Below are positions 51,950-60,104 of a stretch of 64,000 nucleotides of DNA, in pieces. A program made the translations under genes and the position numbers. The notes beneath the pieces were generated by a model that worked only from the letters and a program-made list of their open reading frames with translations, did no database searches and was not told the DNA's origin. Each line of letters begins with the position of its first letter. The stretch's first letter is position 1. Origin of the DNA: a virus; IMG/VR virus record IMGVR_UViG_3300002835_000148; one strand, 5' to 3'.

Positions 51950-52203
51950 ACATCCTCCCCCACATCGTCTGTTTTTCGCATCTCTTCGGGGGACATTTGG
52001 ATGAAGGTAGCAGGCTCGTTAGGTGGAATGACAACGTACCCATTGCTGGTCTTGTTGATTGTCGTAATGCCCTTACCACTCAGGCTGCTGATAGCATAGC
52101 CATAAGAAGTCTCCTGCACATCTGCTGCACCATCCGGCCCCCAGATAAACAATGCCTGTGCAGGTAGGGAAAATACTACGCCTAGTAAAAATAGCTTTTT
52201 CAT
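51943..52203 (-). CDS. Small secreted protein (86 aa)
   Basis: Signal-peptide-like N-terminus MKKLFLLGVVFSLPAQA. Confidence 0.55.
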   Translation of the reverse strand: MKKLFLLGVVFSLPAQALFIWGPDGAADVQETSYGYAISSLSGKGITTINKTSNGYVVIPPNEPATFIQMSPEEMRKTDDVGEDVW

Positions 52204-52691
52204 ATCTCAAACCTCTCGTCGATACCAACCTTCTCATCTAGCAAAATGTCCAAGAGCTTTATGTGAACCATGCGAGACATCTTGTACAGCATCTTCCTCT
52301 CACCAATTTTGATGCCCTCTTTAATCCCAGCGGCTTTAGCACGACCCAGCATGTCATAAGAAGGTGCAATCTCATCAGCTAACTTAGCGGCCTCTTCTAC
52401 TACCTCCTCGACTTCAGGTTCTTCTTCCATTACCTCCTCAACAACTTCTTCAACTACCTCTTCAACGGCTTCTTCCACTACCTCCTCAGCTTTATACTCT
52501 CTATTGAAACTCAGCCACTCAATGCCATCATCACTCACAACCCGCAGCACTTGGCCGCTATCAATAAGCAGCTTCAAAGGTTTTCTGATTCTGTCTTTGC
52601 TCATTCCCAATGCGTTTACAATCTGACCGCGTGTCATTTCACAGCGAGTGCTTAACAAATCAAGTAGGCAGATGCGTGTACTCATGCTCAT
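52200..52691 (-). CDS. Winged-helix-like DNA-binding protein with acidic EEVV repeat
   Basis: The N-terminus LLDLLSTRCEMTRGQIVNALGMSKDRIRKPLKLLIDSGQV is wHTH-like. A central (EEVV/EEAV)n tandem repeat follows. Confidence 0.5.
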   Translation of the reverse strand: MSMSTRICLLDLLSTRCEMTRGQIVNALGMSKDRIRKPLKLLIDSGQVLRVVSDDGIEWLSFNREYKAEEVVEEAVEEVVEEVVEEVMEEEPEVEEVVEEAAKLADEIAPSYDMLGRAKAAGIKEGIKIGERKMLYKMSRMVHIKLLDILLDEKVGIDERFEI

Positions 52692-52700
52692 ATTTTTACC

Positions 52701-53015
52701 TCACACTATATCTTTTACGAAAATACCGTTGACCATCTTGCCACTGCGCTTGCGAATGACATTGTAGGAGTCTGTCAGGCATGTCATCAGATCAGTGTCG
52801 ATCAATTCAGATAGCAGAATAAGCGTAACCAATACGTCACCAATATCATCTTGCGCTGCTTCGTAATTACCAACGGCTATGTTATCCGCCAACTCACCTG
52901 CTTCTGATATAAATTTTAAGCACTGAGTTTTAGGGTCACTGCTAACTAGAATCCCTCGGCTATCAGCCCATGCAACAACAGCCGCTTTGAGCTGCTCATA
53001 CGTCATCTCATTCAT
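52701..53015 (-). CDS. mazG: MazG-like nucleoside triphosphate pyrophosphohydrolase
   Basis: EAGELADNIAVGNYEAAQDDIGDVLVTLILL matches the recalled MazG metal-binding pattern, roughly E-x-x-E ... E-x-x-D. Confidence 0.7.
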   Translation of the reverse strand: MNEMTYEQLKAAVVAWADSRGILVSSDPKTQCLKFISEAGELADNIAVGNYEAAQDDIGDVLVTLILLSELIDTDLMTCLTDSYNVIRKRSGKMVNGIFVKDIV

Positions 53016-53233
53016 TTCATAACCTCAATTTTAAGTTCACATTGTTCTGCATCGTAAGGCGATGCGTCCATATAGGGTGTCCACCAAGCTGTACTTAGTC
53101 TATCAGATTGAGCATCCCTGTCAATCTGCAAGTACCTTTCACAAGTATTTTTTTGGCGACACAGGCTCCCCGCGCACCTCGCTACATCCGTCGGTAGCCC
53201 ACTTATTTTGTATAAACGCCGCGATTTTTTCAT
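53012..53233 (-). CDS. Cys-rich small protein (start uncertain)
   Basis: MKKSRRLYKISG...CAGSLCRQKNTCERY. The ORF opens at 53281. Either start overlaps the upstream ORF. Confidence 0.4.
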   Translation of the reverse strand: MKKSRRLYKISGLPTDVARCAGSLCRQKNTCERYLQIDRDAQSDRLSTAWWTPYMDASPYDAEQCELKIEVMK

Positions 53234-53423
53234 GCTGCTCCGGTGAAAGTTTAGGGAGGGGGCACCATGCAGAGAACTCACCCTCCTCGTACCAATGCCC
53301 TATGACTGCCGATCCCCATGATGTTAGCAAAAGCACCTTAGTGCTTAGGGGCGCAGGCTCCTCGAACTGCAACCGCCATTCTGGTTTGAACTCAGCCGCG
53401 TATTTCTCATGTAGTCTATCCAT
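53139..53423 (-). CDS. Hypothetical protein, DUF551-like C-terminus
   Basis: ...GHWYEEGEFSAWCPLPKL resembles the W-x-P-x-P end recalled for DUF551 phage proteins. Confidence 0.4.
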   Translation of the reverse strand: MDRLHEKYAAEFKPEWRLQFEEPAPLSTKVLLLTSWGSAVIGHWYEEGEFSAWCPLPKLSPEQHEKIAAFIQNKWATDGCSEVRGEPVSPKKYL

Positions 53424-53571
53424 AATGTCCTCTGCCTTGCGGTACTCTGTTGGGGTGGTAACGGTACACTTTTACCAGCGGCCCGTACTTGTCGATCACT
53501 TTGTAAAACAGGTTGCCTTTTCTGTATATCTGCCCGATGTACTTATCAATCCCTAGCGTTATCATGTTCAT
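53416..53571 (-). CDS. Small ORF (51 aa, below ORF-track cutoff)
   Basis: Hand translation: MNMITLGIDKYIGQIYRKGNLFYKVIDKYGPLVKVYRYHPNRVPQGRGHYG. It is chained to its neighbours by overlaps. Confidence 0.35.
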   Translation of the reverse strand: MNMITLGIDKYIGQIYRKGNLFYKVIDKYGPLVKVYRYHPNRVPQGRGHYG

Positions 53572-53719
53572 TGCTTACCTCTGGTTCTTTCATCTGGCAC
53601 TCATCGCTTAAGACCAACACCCTCTTAACAACGGGGCAGTAGTAGTAAAAGAAATGGTGCTTGAATTGCTCAACTCTATGCTTGTCACCGCACTTCTTGC
53701 ATACGGCTTGCTCGCTCAT
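53546..53719 (-). CDS. Small zinc-ribbon-like ORF (57 aa, below ORF-track cutoff)
   Basis: Hand translation: MSEQAVCKKCGDKHRVEQFKHHFFYYYCPVV...DEC... ATGA overlap with the upstream stop. Confidence 0.35.
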   Translation of the reverse strand: MSEQAVCKKCGDKHRVEQFKHHFFYYYCPVVKRVLVLSDECQMKEPEVSNEHDNARD

Positions 53720-53904
53720 GTATCACCTCGGCTTCGTATCATAGCTATGATTTCCTCGCGCTCTTCTCTCTTTGCTTTAGCCATCATCTCATTCCACGCA
53801 GTAAAAAATATGAGCGCATCAGGGTGCTTCGCAATGATAGCCCCCTCCTTGGTTATGACTACCTCTATCTTTACGCTGTCGCTGCCATCTATTTCATCAA
53901 TCAT
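53716..53904 (-). CDS. Hypothetical protein (62 aa)
   Basis: Compact ORF with ATGA-type overlaps. Confidence 0.45.
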   Translation of the reverse strand: MIDEIDGSDSVKIEVVITKEGAIIAKHPDALIFFTAWNEMMAKAKREEREEIIAMIRSRGDT

Positions 53905-54164
53905 AATGAATCCGCTCTCCGTAATGCACTGCTCACTTCATATCTGAACAGCAGGTTAGCTGGCGTTTTAGGCGGGGTATGCTTGCTCTCATCCCAAAAC
54001 TGCTTGTATGTACCCACGGGTTTTTTGCTATCAGGTATAGCTACATAGATCGTATAGTCTCCGCGTGACAGCACTATGTAATTGCCGGATTTCATCGCCG
54101 TGACGTTAGGTATACTGTCAAGTTCGGCCATCATATTTTTAAGGCTTGGTCTAAAATTACTCAT
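53901..54164 (-). CDS. Hypothetical protein (87 aa)
   Basis: Compact ORF with no motif recognised. Confidence 0.45.
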   Translation of the reverse strand: MSNFRPSLKNMMAELDSIPNVTAMKSGNYIVLSRGDYTIYVAIPDSKKPVGTYKQFWDESKHTPPKTPANLLFRYEVSSALRRADSL

Positions 54165-54165
54165 G

Positions 54166-54453
54166 TTACTCTCCTAGTGATCCTTTTATGGTCAAGTAAA
54201 ATACGTTGTCGGTCATTCTGTATCCTACGCCCTCCAGTTCAGTTCCGTTCTCTACTATAAACAGCAGTGCCATACTCTCACGCACCCAGCGGGGCGCTTC
54301 CTCTACTCGCCACGAACCCATCGCAAAGGGGCCATACATATCAGGGCCGTCGTTGAGATTAGTCCAAGAGTATATTGGGCTTGACGCCTCGTCCACACAT
54401 GTCTCTATGCGTAGACGAAGCATACTAGGCTTGGTGCTATCTTTTGCACTCAT
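54166..54453 (-). CDS. Hypothetical protein (95 aa)
   Basis: ATG 54453 (MSAKDS) overlaps the VWA-gene stop as ATGA. The ORF-track start at 54621 would overlap that gene by ~170 nt. Confidence 0.5.
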   Translation of the reverse strand: MSAKDSTKPSMLRLRIETCVDEASSPIYSWTNLNDGPDMYGPFAMGSWRVEEAPRWVRESMALLFIVENGTELEGVGYRMTDNVFYLTIKGSLGE

Positions 54454-55586
54454 GTGTTTATATGAATTGTGCTGCCAGCGGGGGCTAGGATATGCTCTGA
54501 AGTTATGGCCCACAGCGTCGGATACTTGATGATGTTTGGGAAGGGTGTGTATCCGTCGGTCAGCACGATTATAGCCTCTGGCTCTAGCTTGTTCTCTTCG
54601 ACGTACTCGAAGATTCGACACATATCTGTACCACCACCGCCCTTGAATGACTTCTTCTGCTCTAGCGAATCGAATGTCTCTCGGTCATACACGGTGTGGG
54701 CCTGCACTTTAGCATCGACTTCCAGCAAGTGCAATGTAGTGGGTGACACTGTGTTACATATAGCGACGATCTCAGAGAGGAAGCAAGCTAGTTCCTTATC
54801 TCCCAGACTGCCAGACGTATCAACACCTACCACCACAGCCCCCATAGTTTCAGAGAACGACTGCGGCATATACAAATCGTGCTGCAACCACCGACGGCTG
54901 GGTCTAGCCCATGTGCTGTCATCCTTACCTGCTGATACTGAAGACACGAACTCTCTCAACTGCTCACGCCAGTCAACCTGCGGTCGCATCAACTCGCCAA
55001 ACAATCTATTGGCATCACCTGACATTTTACTCGCAAGCATCGCCCCCTGTCGTACAGCCTGCTCAATCTCTTTGGATAACTCGTGACACTCTGCCTCGCT
55101 TATCTCATCGAAGCGATGCTCGTCCATACCACCCTGCCCACCATTACCACCTTTTTCTTTCAGCTTGCTAAAGACCTCTTGGGTGTTCATCCCTCTAAAG
55201 CCCTCATCAAGCAAAGCACAGTCAGGTAGCTTGACGAACCCCTTATGCTTCTTCTCCATGTCAGCAATCTCTAAGTTGATAACATAGTCTGCCGCTTGGT
55301 TAGCGAGCTGAGCATTTTCTTTCCACAGGTGCTTCCATAGCCAGTGATGCTGATAGACTTTATGCAGGTTCTCATGAAGCACCAGACCTACGATCTCCGA
55401 ATCCTCTAGGCTGCGAATGAAATCCGCACCGTATAAAACATCACGCCCATTAGTACACGCGGTGGGTATGTCATCTCTAACCTCAGTGTCACCCACCATC
55501 AGTATCGCACTGTAAGATAGCGTAGCTGGGTGGCCCATCATACGCACATGGATTTTCTGTAGTCTCTGTTCTGGTGTAAGTTTCAT
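54450..55586 (-). CDS. Metallopeptidase-like (HExxH) plus VWA domain protein
   Basis: HENLH lies in the N-terminal half. The C-terminal half has a VWA-like VVVGVDTSGSL MIDAS-type segment. The architecture resembles the recalled DUF2201/VWA partners of MoxR ATPases. Confidence 0.65.
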   Translation of the reverse strand: MKLTPEQRLQKIHVRMMGHPATLSYSAILMVGDTEVRDDIPTACTNGRDVLYGADFIRSLEDSEIVGLVLHENLHKVYQHHWLWKHLWKENAQLANQAADYVINLEIADMEKKHKGFVKLPDCALLDEGFRGMNTQEVFSKLKEKGGNGGQGGMDEHRFDEISEAECHELSKEIEQAVRQGAMLASKMSGDANRLFGELMRPQVDWREQLREFVSSVSAGKDDSTWARPSRRWLQHDLYMPQSFSETMGAVVVGVDTSGSLGDKELACFLSEIVAICNTVSPTTLHLLEVDAKVQAHTVYDRETFDSLEQKKSFKGGGGTDMCRIFEYVEENKLEPEAIIVLTDGYTPFPNIIKYPTLWAITSEHILAPAGSTIHINT

Positions 55587-55604
55587 CTCTGTTCCTCTCT
55601 ATTG

Positions 55605-55958
55605 TTATGCTGTTAAAGCTGCAAAGTCTGCGGGTTCCATGATCGTGCCATCCTCATCGCACTCGCGCACTGCACTTCCCCACGCTTGTAGTTGTTTATA
55701 GTTCAGCATGGTTGCGTCGTATATCTTGTGCTTCTTGATTACCTCTACATTGGGTACGCTGTAGGTAATCATGTAGTCCACATTGTCTTTGCCTGAGCGA
55801 TACGTGTAGTCAAGCCCTACAGCGTTCTCAGCTATCAGAGCCTGTATCTGATGCGCTACATGAAGTGGCACCATGATCGTCCCGTTGAGGTGCATCTTAG
55901 CCATGATCTGATTTTGCGCGGGCAGGGTAATAGTAGGGGTTTGTTTTGTTTTGCTCAT
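55605..55958 (-). CDS. Hypothetical protein (117 aa)
   Basis: An AGGAGAG RBS precedes it. It lies between the MoxR-like and VWA genes. Confidence 0.5.
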   Translation of the reverse strand: MSKTKQTPTITLPAQNQIMAKMHLNGTIMVPLHVAHQIQALIAENAVGLDYTYRSGKDNVDYMITYSVPNVEVIKKHKIYDATMLNYKQLQAWGSAVRECDEDGTIMEPADFAALTA

Positions 55959-55976
55959 TGTTACTCTCCTGTTGTG

Positions 55977-55996
55977 GGGGCTACCTAAGTAGCCCC
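55977..55996 (-). promoter_or_regulatory. GC-rich hairpin between palindrome copy 1 and the RBS
   Basis: ggggctac-ctaa-gtagcccc forms an 8-bp stem. No U-tract follows on the minus strand. Confidence 0.4.
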
Positions 55997-55999
55997 ATG

Positions 56000-56022
56000 A
56001 AAACTTATACCGTATAAGTTTT
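56000..56022 (-). promoter_or_regulatory. 23-bp inverted repeat AAAACTTATAC-C-GTATAAGTTTT, copy 1 of 7
   Basis: Exact copy between the MoxR-like gene stop and the 55605-55958 gene, 41 nt from its ATG. Confidence 0.9.
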
Positions 56023-56026
56023 TACC

Positions 56027-57103
56027 TTATGAAAATAAGAAGCTGTTTTGTGCAGCCCATGTTATGAACGTCTTGTGTGTAGATGCCATGCCCTGCTTCT
56101 CACTACGCATGATGGTCTTGGCAAACAGCGCGGCTACCTCTTTGGGCATACGCTCTACATACTCCATCCACGCCGAGAATGTCTCGCGCTCTAGTCTCAT
56201 GCAAGCCTTGGCTACCAACATACAGCACGCTGCGCCAGACTTAGGGATCGCTGTACCAGTAGGGTCTTTGAGTATCTGCTCCCATCTTGGCAGGTCATTG
56301 TTTAGCTTACGCATGGTCAACAAGTCCATAGCAGCGGCCTCACCTACTGTACCCATGAGAGCGTGGATAATTACGCTATCGGGCAGATGCTCAGTAGCCT
56401 TGAGAATATCGCTGGCCTTCTCCATTGCCCTGTGAGTTACGAACGCAGCACGCTGTGCCTTAGGGTGGTTGATATAGTGATTATTGCTAGGGTGTTCCAC
56501 ATGAATGTCATCCTCGAACATAGAAGGAAACTCCAGCACCGTGCCGATAACTATGGGGTGGATGTTATTCTTGAGCGCCCAATTCTCTACCCACTCCATA
56601 GCCGAAGACTTAGTGATTGCTGCTTGACACATCCTGTTGCGCTCATGGGGTAGGAACACATCGCCCAGCCCCTCACTAGACCTGTTAGTGGTAGCAAACA
56701 CTATGCTCCCTTCTGGCAAAGCATAAGTGCCTATCATTCTATCCAGCATGACCCTCAACAGGCCGTTCTTCACCGCTTTGCTAGTCTTGCCTATCTCGTC
56801 AAGCATTATGATGACAGGCTTTTTCAGGTGACAACCAAACGCTTCGTTAGGTACGAACGACACAACATCAGTGCCGTCGATGGTCTTGAACTTCGGCATC
56901 TGCAAGTCACCCAAGTCCATTAGCTGCGCTTCTACATACACAGGGTGGTGGTCAGGGAACCTAGCTGCCAGCTCCTTGAGAATAGACGACTTGCCGCATC
57001 CCATCGGGCCAGTGACTAGCACTGTAACTTTGTCGCCAATAGCTGCGATCAGATCAGTCGCGCCAGCCAAAGATATGTAGTTGTATTCTTTCTGTATTTT
57101 CAT
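56027..57103 (-). CDS. MoxR/AAA_5-type ATPase
   Basis: Walker A is GPMGCGKS and Walker B is IIMLDEIG, with sensor-like ATTN. ATG 57103 follows CGAGAGAAACAGCA; the ORF track starts at 57148. Confidence 0.75.
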   Translation of the reverse strand: MKIQKEYNYISLAGATDLIAAIGDKVTVLVTGPMGCGKSSILKELAARFPDHHPVYVEAQLMDLGDLQMPKFKTIDGTDVVSFVPNEAFGCHLKKPVIIMLDEIGKTSKAVKNGLLRVMLDRMIGTYALPEGSIVFATTNRSSEGLGDVFLPHERNRMCQAAITKSSAMEWVENWALKNNIHPIVIGTVLEFPSMFEDDIHVEHPSNNHYINHPKAQRAAFVTHRAMEKASDILKATEHLPDSVIIHALMGTVGEAAAMDLLTMRKLNNDLPRWEQILKDPTGTAIPKSGAACCMLVAKACMRLERETFSAWMEYVERMPKEVAALFAKTIMRSEKQGMASTHKTFITWAAQNSFLFS

Positions 57104-57141
57104 TGCTGTTTCTCTCGTTGTGTTGTGTTTATTTCTGCTTA

Positions 57142-58023
57142 CTACCAAGCGAACTTATCTAACAGTGCGTCCACCTCCTCCTTCATATACTTCCTCACCA
57201 CTTCATCCTTGCGTAACTCTGCTGGTTCATACCCAGTCAACACCATCCGTATGTTGCTCTTTAACTCCTCTATCTCTACGTCCCTTGTCAGGTTGAACCC
57301 ATCCAGTGCATCGCATAACTCAAGCGCGCTCTCAATAGTCACATCATGGATGCGCCCCTTCTTACCATTCTCATCTACCCTGAGTTGCTTGGATATTTTC
57401 TCAAGCGAACTCTTGACTCTGCTACGCACCTCAGTCATAGCCCCATTCAACCTAGCATCCTGCTGTCTGGCAAACTGCTCACGCAATTCACTCAATCCTT
57501 GATTGCCTATATCTACACGGAAGTCCCCTGTCTCCGGCAGTGGGTACACCGCGCTACGCATCTCGAACTTAGCAGGTATCTCTGACGGGTCAGGGTAGTC
57601 GTCAGCCTTGAACATAGCACCAAGGGAGAACTGCGCTGCTTGTACTAACAAGGTGTACTCATTCACGAACGCTTGCACCCTGCGATTGTATTCCGCTTCG
57701 TGCGCCCCGTACTGCGCCATGTATTCTTGTAAGCGTGCGGCTGGTAATAGCCGCGTCCCTGAGTCCGACCAAGGCAGAGTGTTCCAGTTGTGCCATTGCC
57801 TGATGATGGCAGCGTACTTTGTTATGTCATCCAGTTGCCCTGACCCTGCAAGCAGGTTCTTCTGATACACACCTGCTCTGTTAGTCGCGCCCTTGTTCTG
57901 CCCTACCTCATCGGACACTTCCTTGTCCTGCTTTTTAGCAGTCCATCCTCTGATGGTCAGGTCTACCAGCACTGCGCTAGATGCAATCGTTACGTCGTTG
58001 TTGTTTACGTTGTTCATGCTCAT
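57142..58023 (-). CDS. DUF3150-like protein linked to the MoxR/VWA pair
   Basis: 293 aa. ...LVDLTIRGWTAKKQDK...TLPWSDSGTRLLP... resembles DUF3150 as I recall it. Unverified. Confidence 0.45.
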   Translation of the reverse strand: MSMNNVNNNDVTIASSAVLVDLTIRGWTAKKQDKEVSDEVGQNKGATNRAGVYQKNLLAGSGQLDDITKYAAIIRQWHNWNTLPWSDSGTRLLPAARLQEYMAQYGAHEAEYNRRVQAFVNEYTLLVQAAQFSLGAMFKADDYPDPSEIPAKFEMRSAVYPLPETGDFRVDIGNQGLSELREQFARQQDARLNGAMTEVRSRVKSSLEKISKQLRVDENGKKGRIHDVTIESALELCDALDGFNLTRDVEIEELKSNIRMVLTGYEPAELRKDEVVRKYMKEEVDALLDKFAW

Positions 58024-58042
58024 CGTTATATCCTCATTGTTG

Positions 58043-58065
58043 AAAACTTATACCGTATAAGTTTT
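58043..58065 (-). promoter_or_regulatory. 23-bp inverted repeat, copy 2 of 7
   Basis: Exact copy 19 nt upstream of ATG 58023. Confidence 0.9.
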
Positions 58066-58104
58066 TGCTGCTTTACATCAGCGGGTAAGGCCCGCCACCT
58101 CTTT

Positions 58105-58123
58105 CTACGTTTCTTCAACGTAG
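58105..58123 (-). promoter_or_regulatory. 5' stem-loop next to the promoter at 58128-58157
   Basis: Minus strand CTACGTT-GAAGA-AACGTAG, starting 4 nt after the -10 element. Confidence 0.5.
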
Positions 58124-58127
58124 ATAT

Positions 58128-58157
58128 ATTATAGCACAACTATAATACAAAAGTCAA
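58128..58157 (-). promoter_or_regulatory. Sigma70-like promoter TTGACT-N18-TATAAT
   Basis: Read on the minus strand, in the intergenic region upstream of the 57142-58023 gene. Confidence 0.55.
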
Positions 58158-58300
58158 ATTTAGACCGCGTTAACCATCAGCGGCGTAGGACTACATCCTA
58201 GTGGGAGAGAGGTGCAGAATTACGATAACTGCAATTCGACACTATATGTAGCAGCCACGGTTATTACGCAAGTGAGGCACTCATGGCTTACCCTCTTTTG

Positions 58301-58564
58301 TTAACTAAAAATTATTGCGATGACCGGCGCTTGCTGGTCTATAAAATCTCTTACGTGCCGTGGCAGTTGTGCGTAGTACACACACTGCGTCTCTCTCAGG
58401 TTGTTTGGCCCACCATAGGCTACGCTCTGTGGTGGCTCTCCCGCATTGTAGGTATAGTACCAGTATTTAGTACCCTTGATTTTGAACCTTGTCAACACTC
58501 GGGTAAACCGCTCGTCCTCAATTAAGTCATGTGTCAGATTAGTCACTTCGTATTTCATACTCAC
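58301..58564 (-). CDS. Hypothetical protein (87 aa), tandem paralogue
   Basis: Its C-terminus QQAPVIAIIFS parallels the neighbour's EQLPIIAIMLS. Confidence 0.5.
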   Translation of the reverse strand: MSMKYEVTNLTHDLIEDERFTRVLTRFKIKGTKYWYYTYNAGEPPQSVAYGGPNNLRETQCVYYAQLPRHVRDFIDQQAPVIAIIFS

Positions 58565-58565
58565 C

Positions 58566-58826
58566 TCACGAAAGCATGATCGCTATTATTGGTAGCTGCT
58601 CAGTGATTGTTCTCTGCACCCACTTGGGTGCGCTGCATGTCCTAATGGACACTCCGGTTGCTGCGTTCGTCACACGGCCTGGGCCTAGTAGACGGCACTT
58701 GGACTCCTTAAATACATGTGTTTGGTACGTCGTCCCCCTGTCATTGGTCATGGTGATCGTCACAAAATGTGACCACGCATGCCCTACATCCCACAGCTCA
58801 TGCTTAACCTCAATCTTACCGGCCAT
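58566..58826 (-). CDS. Hypothetical protein (86 aa), tandem paralogue
   Basis: Same length class and C-terminal motif as the ORF at 58301-58564. Confidence 0.5.
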   Translation of the reverse strand: MAGKIEVKHELWDVGHAWSHFVTITMTNDRGTTYQTHVFKESKCRLLGPGRVTNAATGVSIRTCSAPKWVQRTITEQLPIIAIMLS

Positions 58827-59028
58827 CGGCGTAGTCCTCGCAGTGCATGTTCAGTACCCACAGGGATACCAAGTCGTCTAGCTGTTCTTGAGTGAGGCAC
58901 CCTCTTATATCCACGAACTTATAAACAACTCGATGCACGTACCACTCACCCTCATCCTTACAGTAGGCGCACTCCAACTCTACCTGCTGTTCGTTTATTC
59001 CTATTTGTGCTTTCATACTAATTTTCAT
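58816..59028 (-). CDS. Hypothetical protein (70 aa)
   Basis: Compact ORF containing CAYCKDEGEWY. Confidence 0.45.
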   Translation of the reverse strand: MKISMKAQIGINEQQVELECAYCKDEGEWYVHRVVYKFVDIRGCLTQEQLDDLVSLWVLNMHCEDYADGR

Positions 59029-59594
59029 AACAGCTCACCCTCCTCGTCGAACTCGCACTCGTTTGCGAGTATGGATTCTTCAATAGCCTCATCGCTCGTC
59101 AGCCAGTCGTATTCCTTTTGCAGTGTGTCCTGTATCCAATCGGCAAAGCCATTGAATGCTTGCTCGATTACCTCACCATTTAGCAAGTCCTCTATTTCTT
59201 CATCGTCGTCTGCGTCACACACTTCCCAATCTACGTTCAATGAAGTGCGGTGTGATGGTGTAATCGACGCCCATAGGTAGCTACCCTGCGTATGGATAGC
59301 GCATAGTGCAGATTGCTCAACCAGAGGGTCGATGATATGTTTTAAGTCCTCTCTCTGCACATCGGTGAAGTCATCGAGCCTCATATTTTTAGAATTAAAC
59401 CGCGCCTCATACTGGACATACGCTCCATAAACTAGGCCGAATCCCTTGATCTCGAAGCCATATATCCCCAATCCAAACGCCACGTCTGCAACGTATTTGT
59501 ATACGTGCTCCCACCAATCGTGATCGACGTTGATGTCAGCGAAGCGGTCGCGGGCTTTCTCTTTTGCTTCGTTGCTCAGTTGTTCGTACTTCAT
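59025..59594 (-). CDS. Hypothetical acidic protein (189 aa)
   Basis: LSNEAKEKARDRF...DWWEHVY...ILANECEFDEEGELL resembles a plasmid or phage family I cannot name. Palindrome copy 3 lies 16 nt upstream. Confidence 0.5.
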   Translation of the reverse strand: MKYEQLSNEAKEKARDRFADINVDHDWWEHVYKYVADVAFGLGIYGFEIKGFGLVYGAYVQYEARFNSKNMRLDDFTDVQREDLKHIIDPLVEQSALCAIHTQGSYLWASITPSHRTSLNVDWEVCDADDDEEIEDLLNGEVIEQAFNGFADWIQDTLQKEYDWLTSDEAIEESILANECEFDEEGELL

Positions 59595-59610
59595 GCTGCT
59601 CTCTCCTGCG

Positions 59611-59633
59611 AAAACTTATACCGTATAAGTTTT
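59611..59633 (-). promoter_or_regulatory. 23-bp inverted repeat, copy 3 of 7
   Basis: Exact copy 16 nt upstream of ATG 59594. The symmetry extends to gcg...cgc (59608-59636). Confidence 0.9.
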
Positions 59634-59654
59634 CGCCTTGTTATTTTGTTACTC

Positions 59655-60104
59655 TTACCACCAAGCGGGTGCTGTGGCGCGATCCCAAGAGGCGAAGCTC
59701 TTGGTTCTGTAGTATGTGCGGTATGATTCTACCGCATCATCCGTCTTACACGCATCTGGCATAGCCAGAGCGAATGGCGTTAGCCCTGCATTGGGCAGGG
59801 TTGAGATAAAGCCAGTCCTTCCTAAATGTACGCACTTGGCAAGGGCTAAGTGATTGTCGTGCTTACCCCACCTCTTCTTGTACTCCTCATTTAGCCACAC
59901 CATTAACTCCCATAGCCACGTAGCATTATCTTGTGACTGTGCCACCCACCTAGTGCATGGGTGGTTTTTATGGGTGGGCTTGTATGGGCCGTTAAGGGCT
60001 GTGGATAACATCTGCGCGCTCTCTAATATCATCTTCGGCACATGCTTATCGCAATGTGCCTGAGCCGCAAGGCGCGGCTCCTCGTCTAATACAAATATAT
60101 TCAT
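59655..60104 (-). CDS. Conserved phage protein (149 aa), function unknown
   Basis: ATG 60104 (MNIFVLDEEPRLAAQAHCDKHVPKMILESAQML) overlaps the upstream stop as ATGA. It resembles a widespread phage and giant-virus family, and a glycosylase-like role is only a guess. Confidence 0.5.
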   Translation of the reverse strand: MNIFVLDEEPRLAAQAHCDKHVPKMILESAQMLSTALNGPYKPTHKNHPCTRWVAQSQDNATWLWELMVWLNEEYKKRWGKHDNHLALAKCVHLGRTGFISTLPNAGLTPFALAMPDACKTDDAVESYRTYYRTKSFASWDRATAPAWW

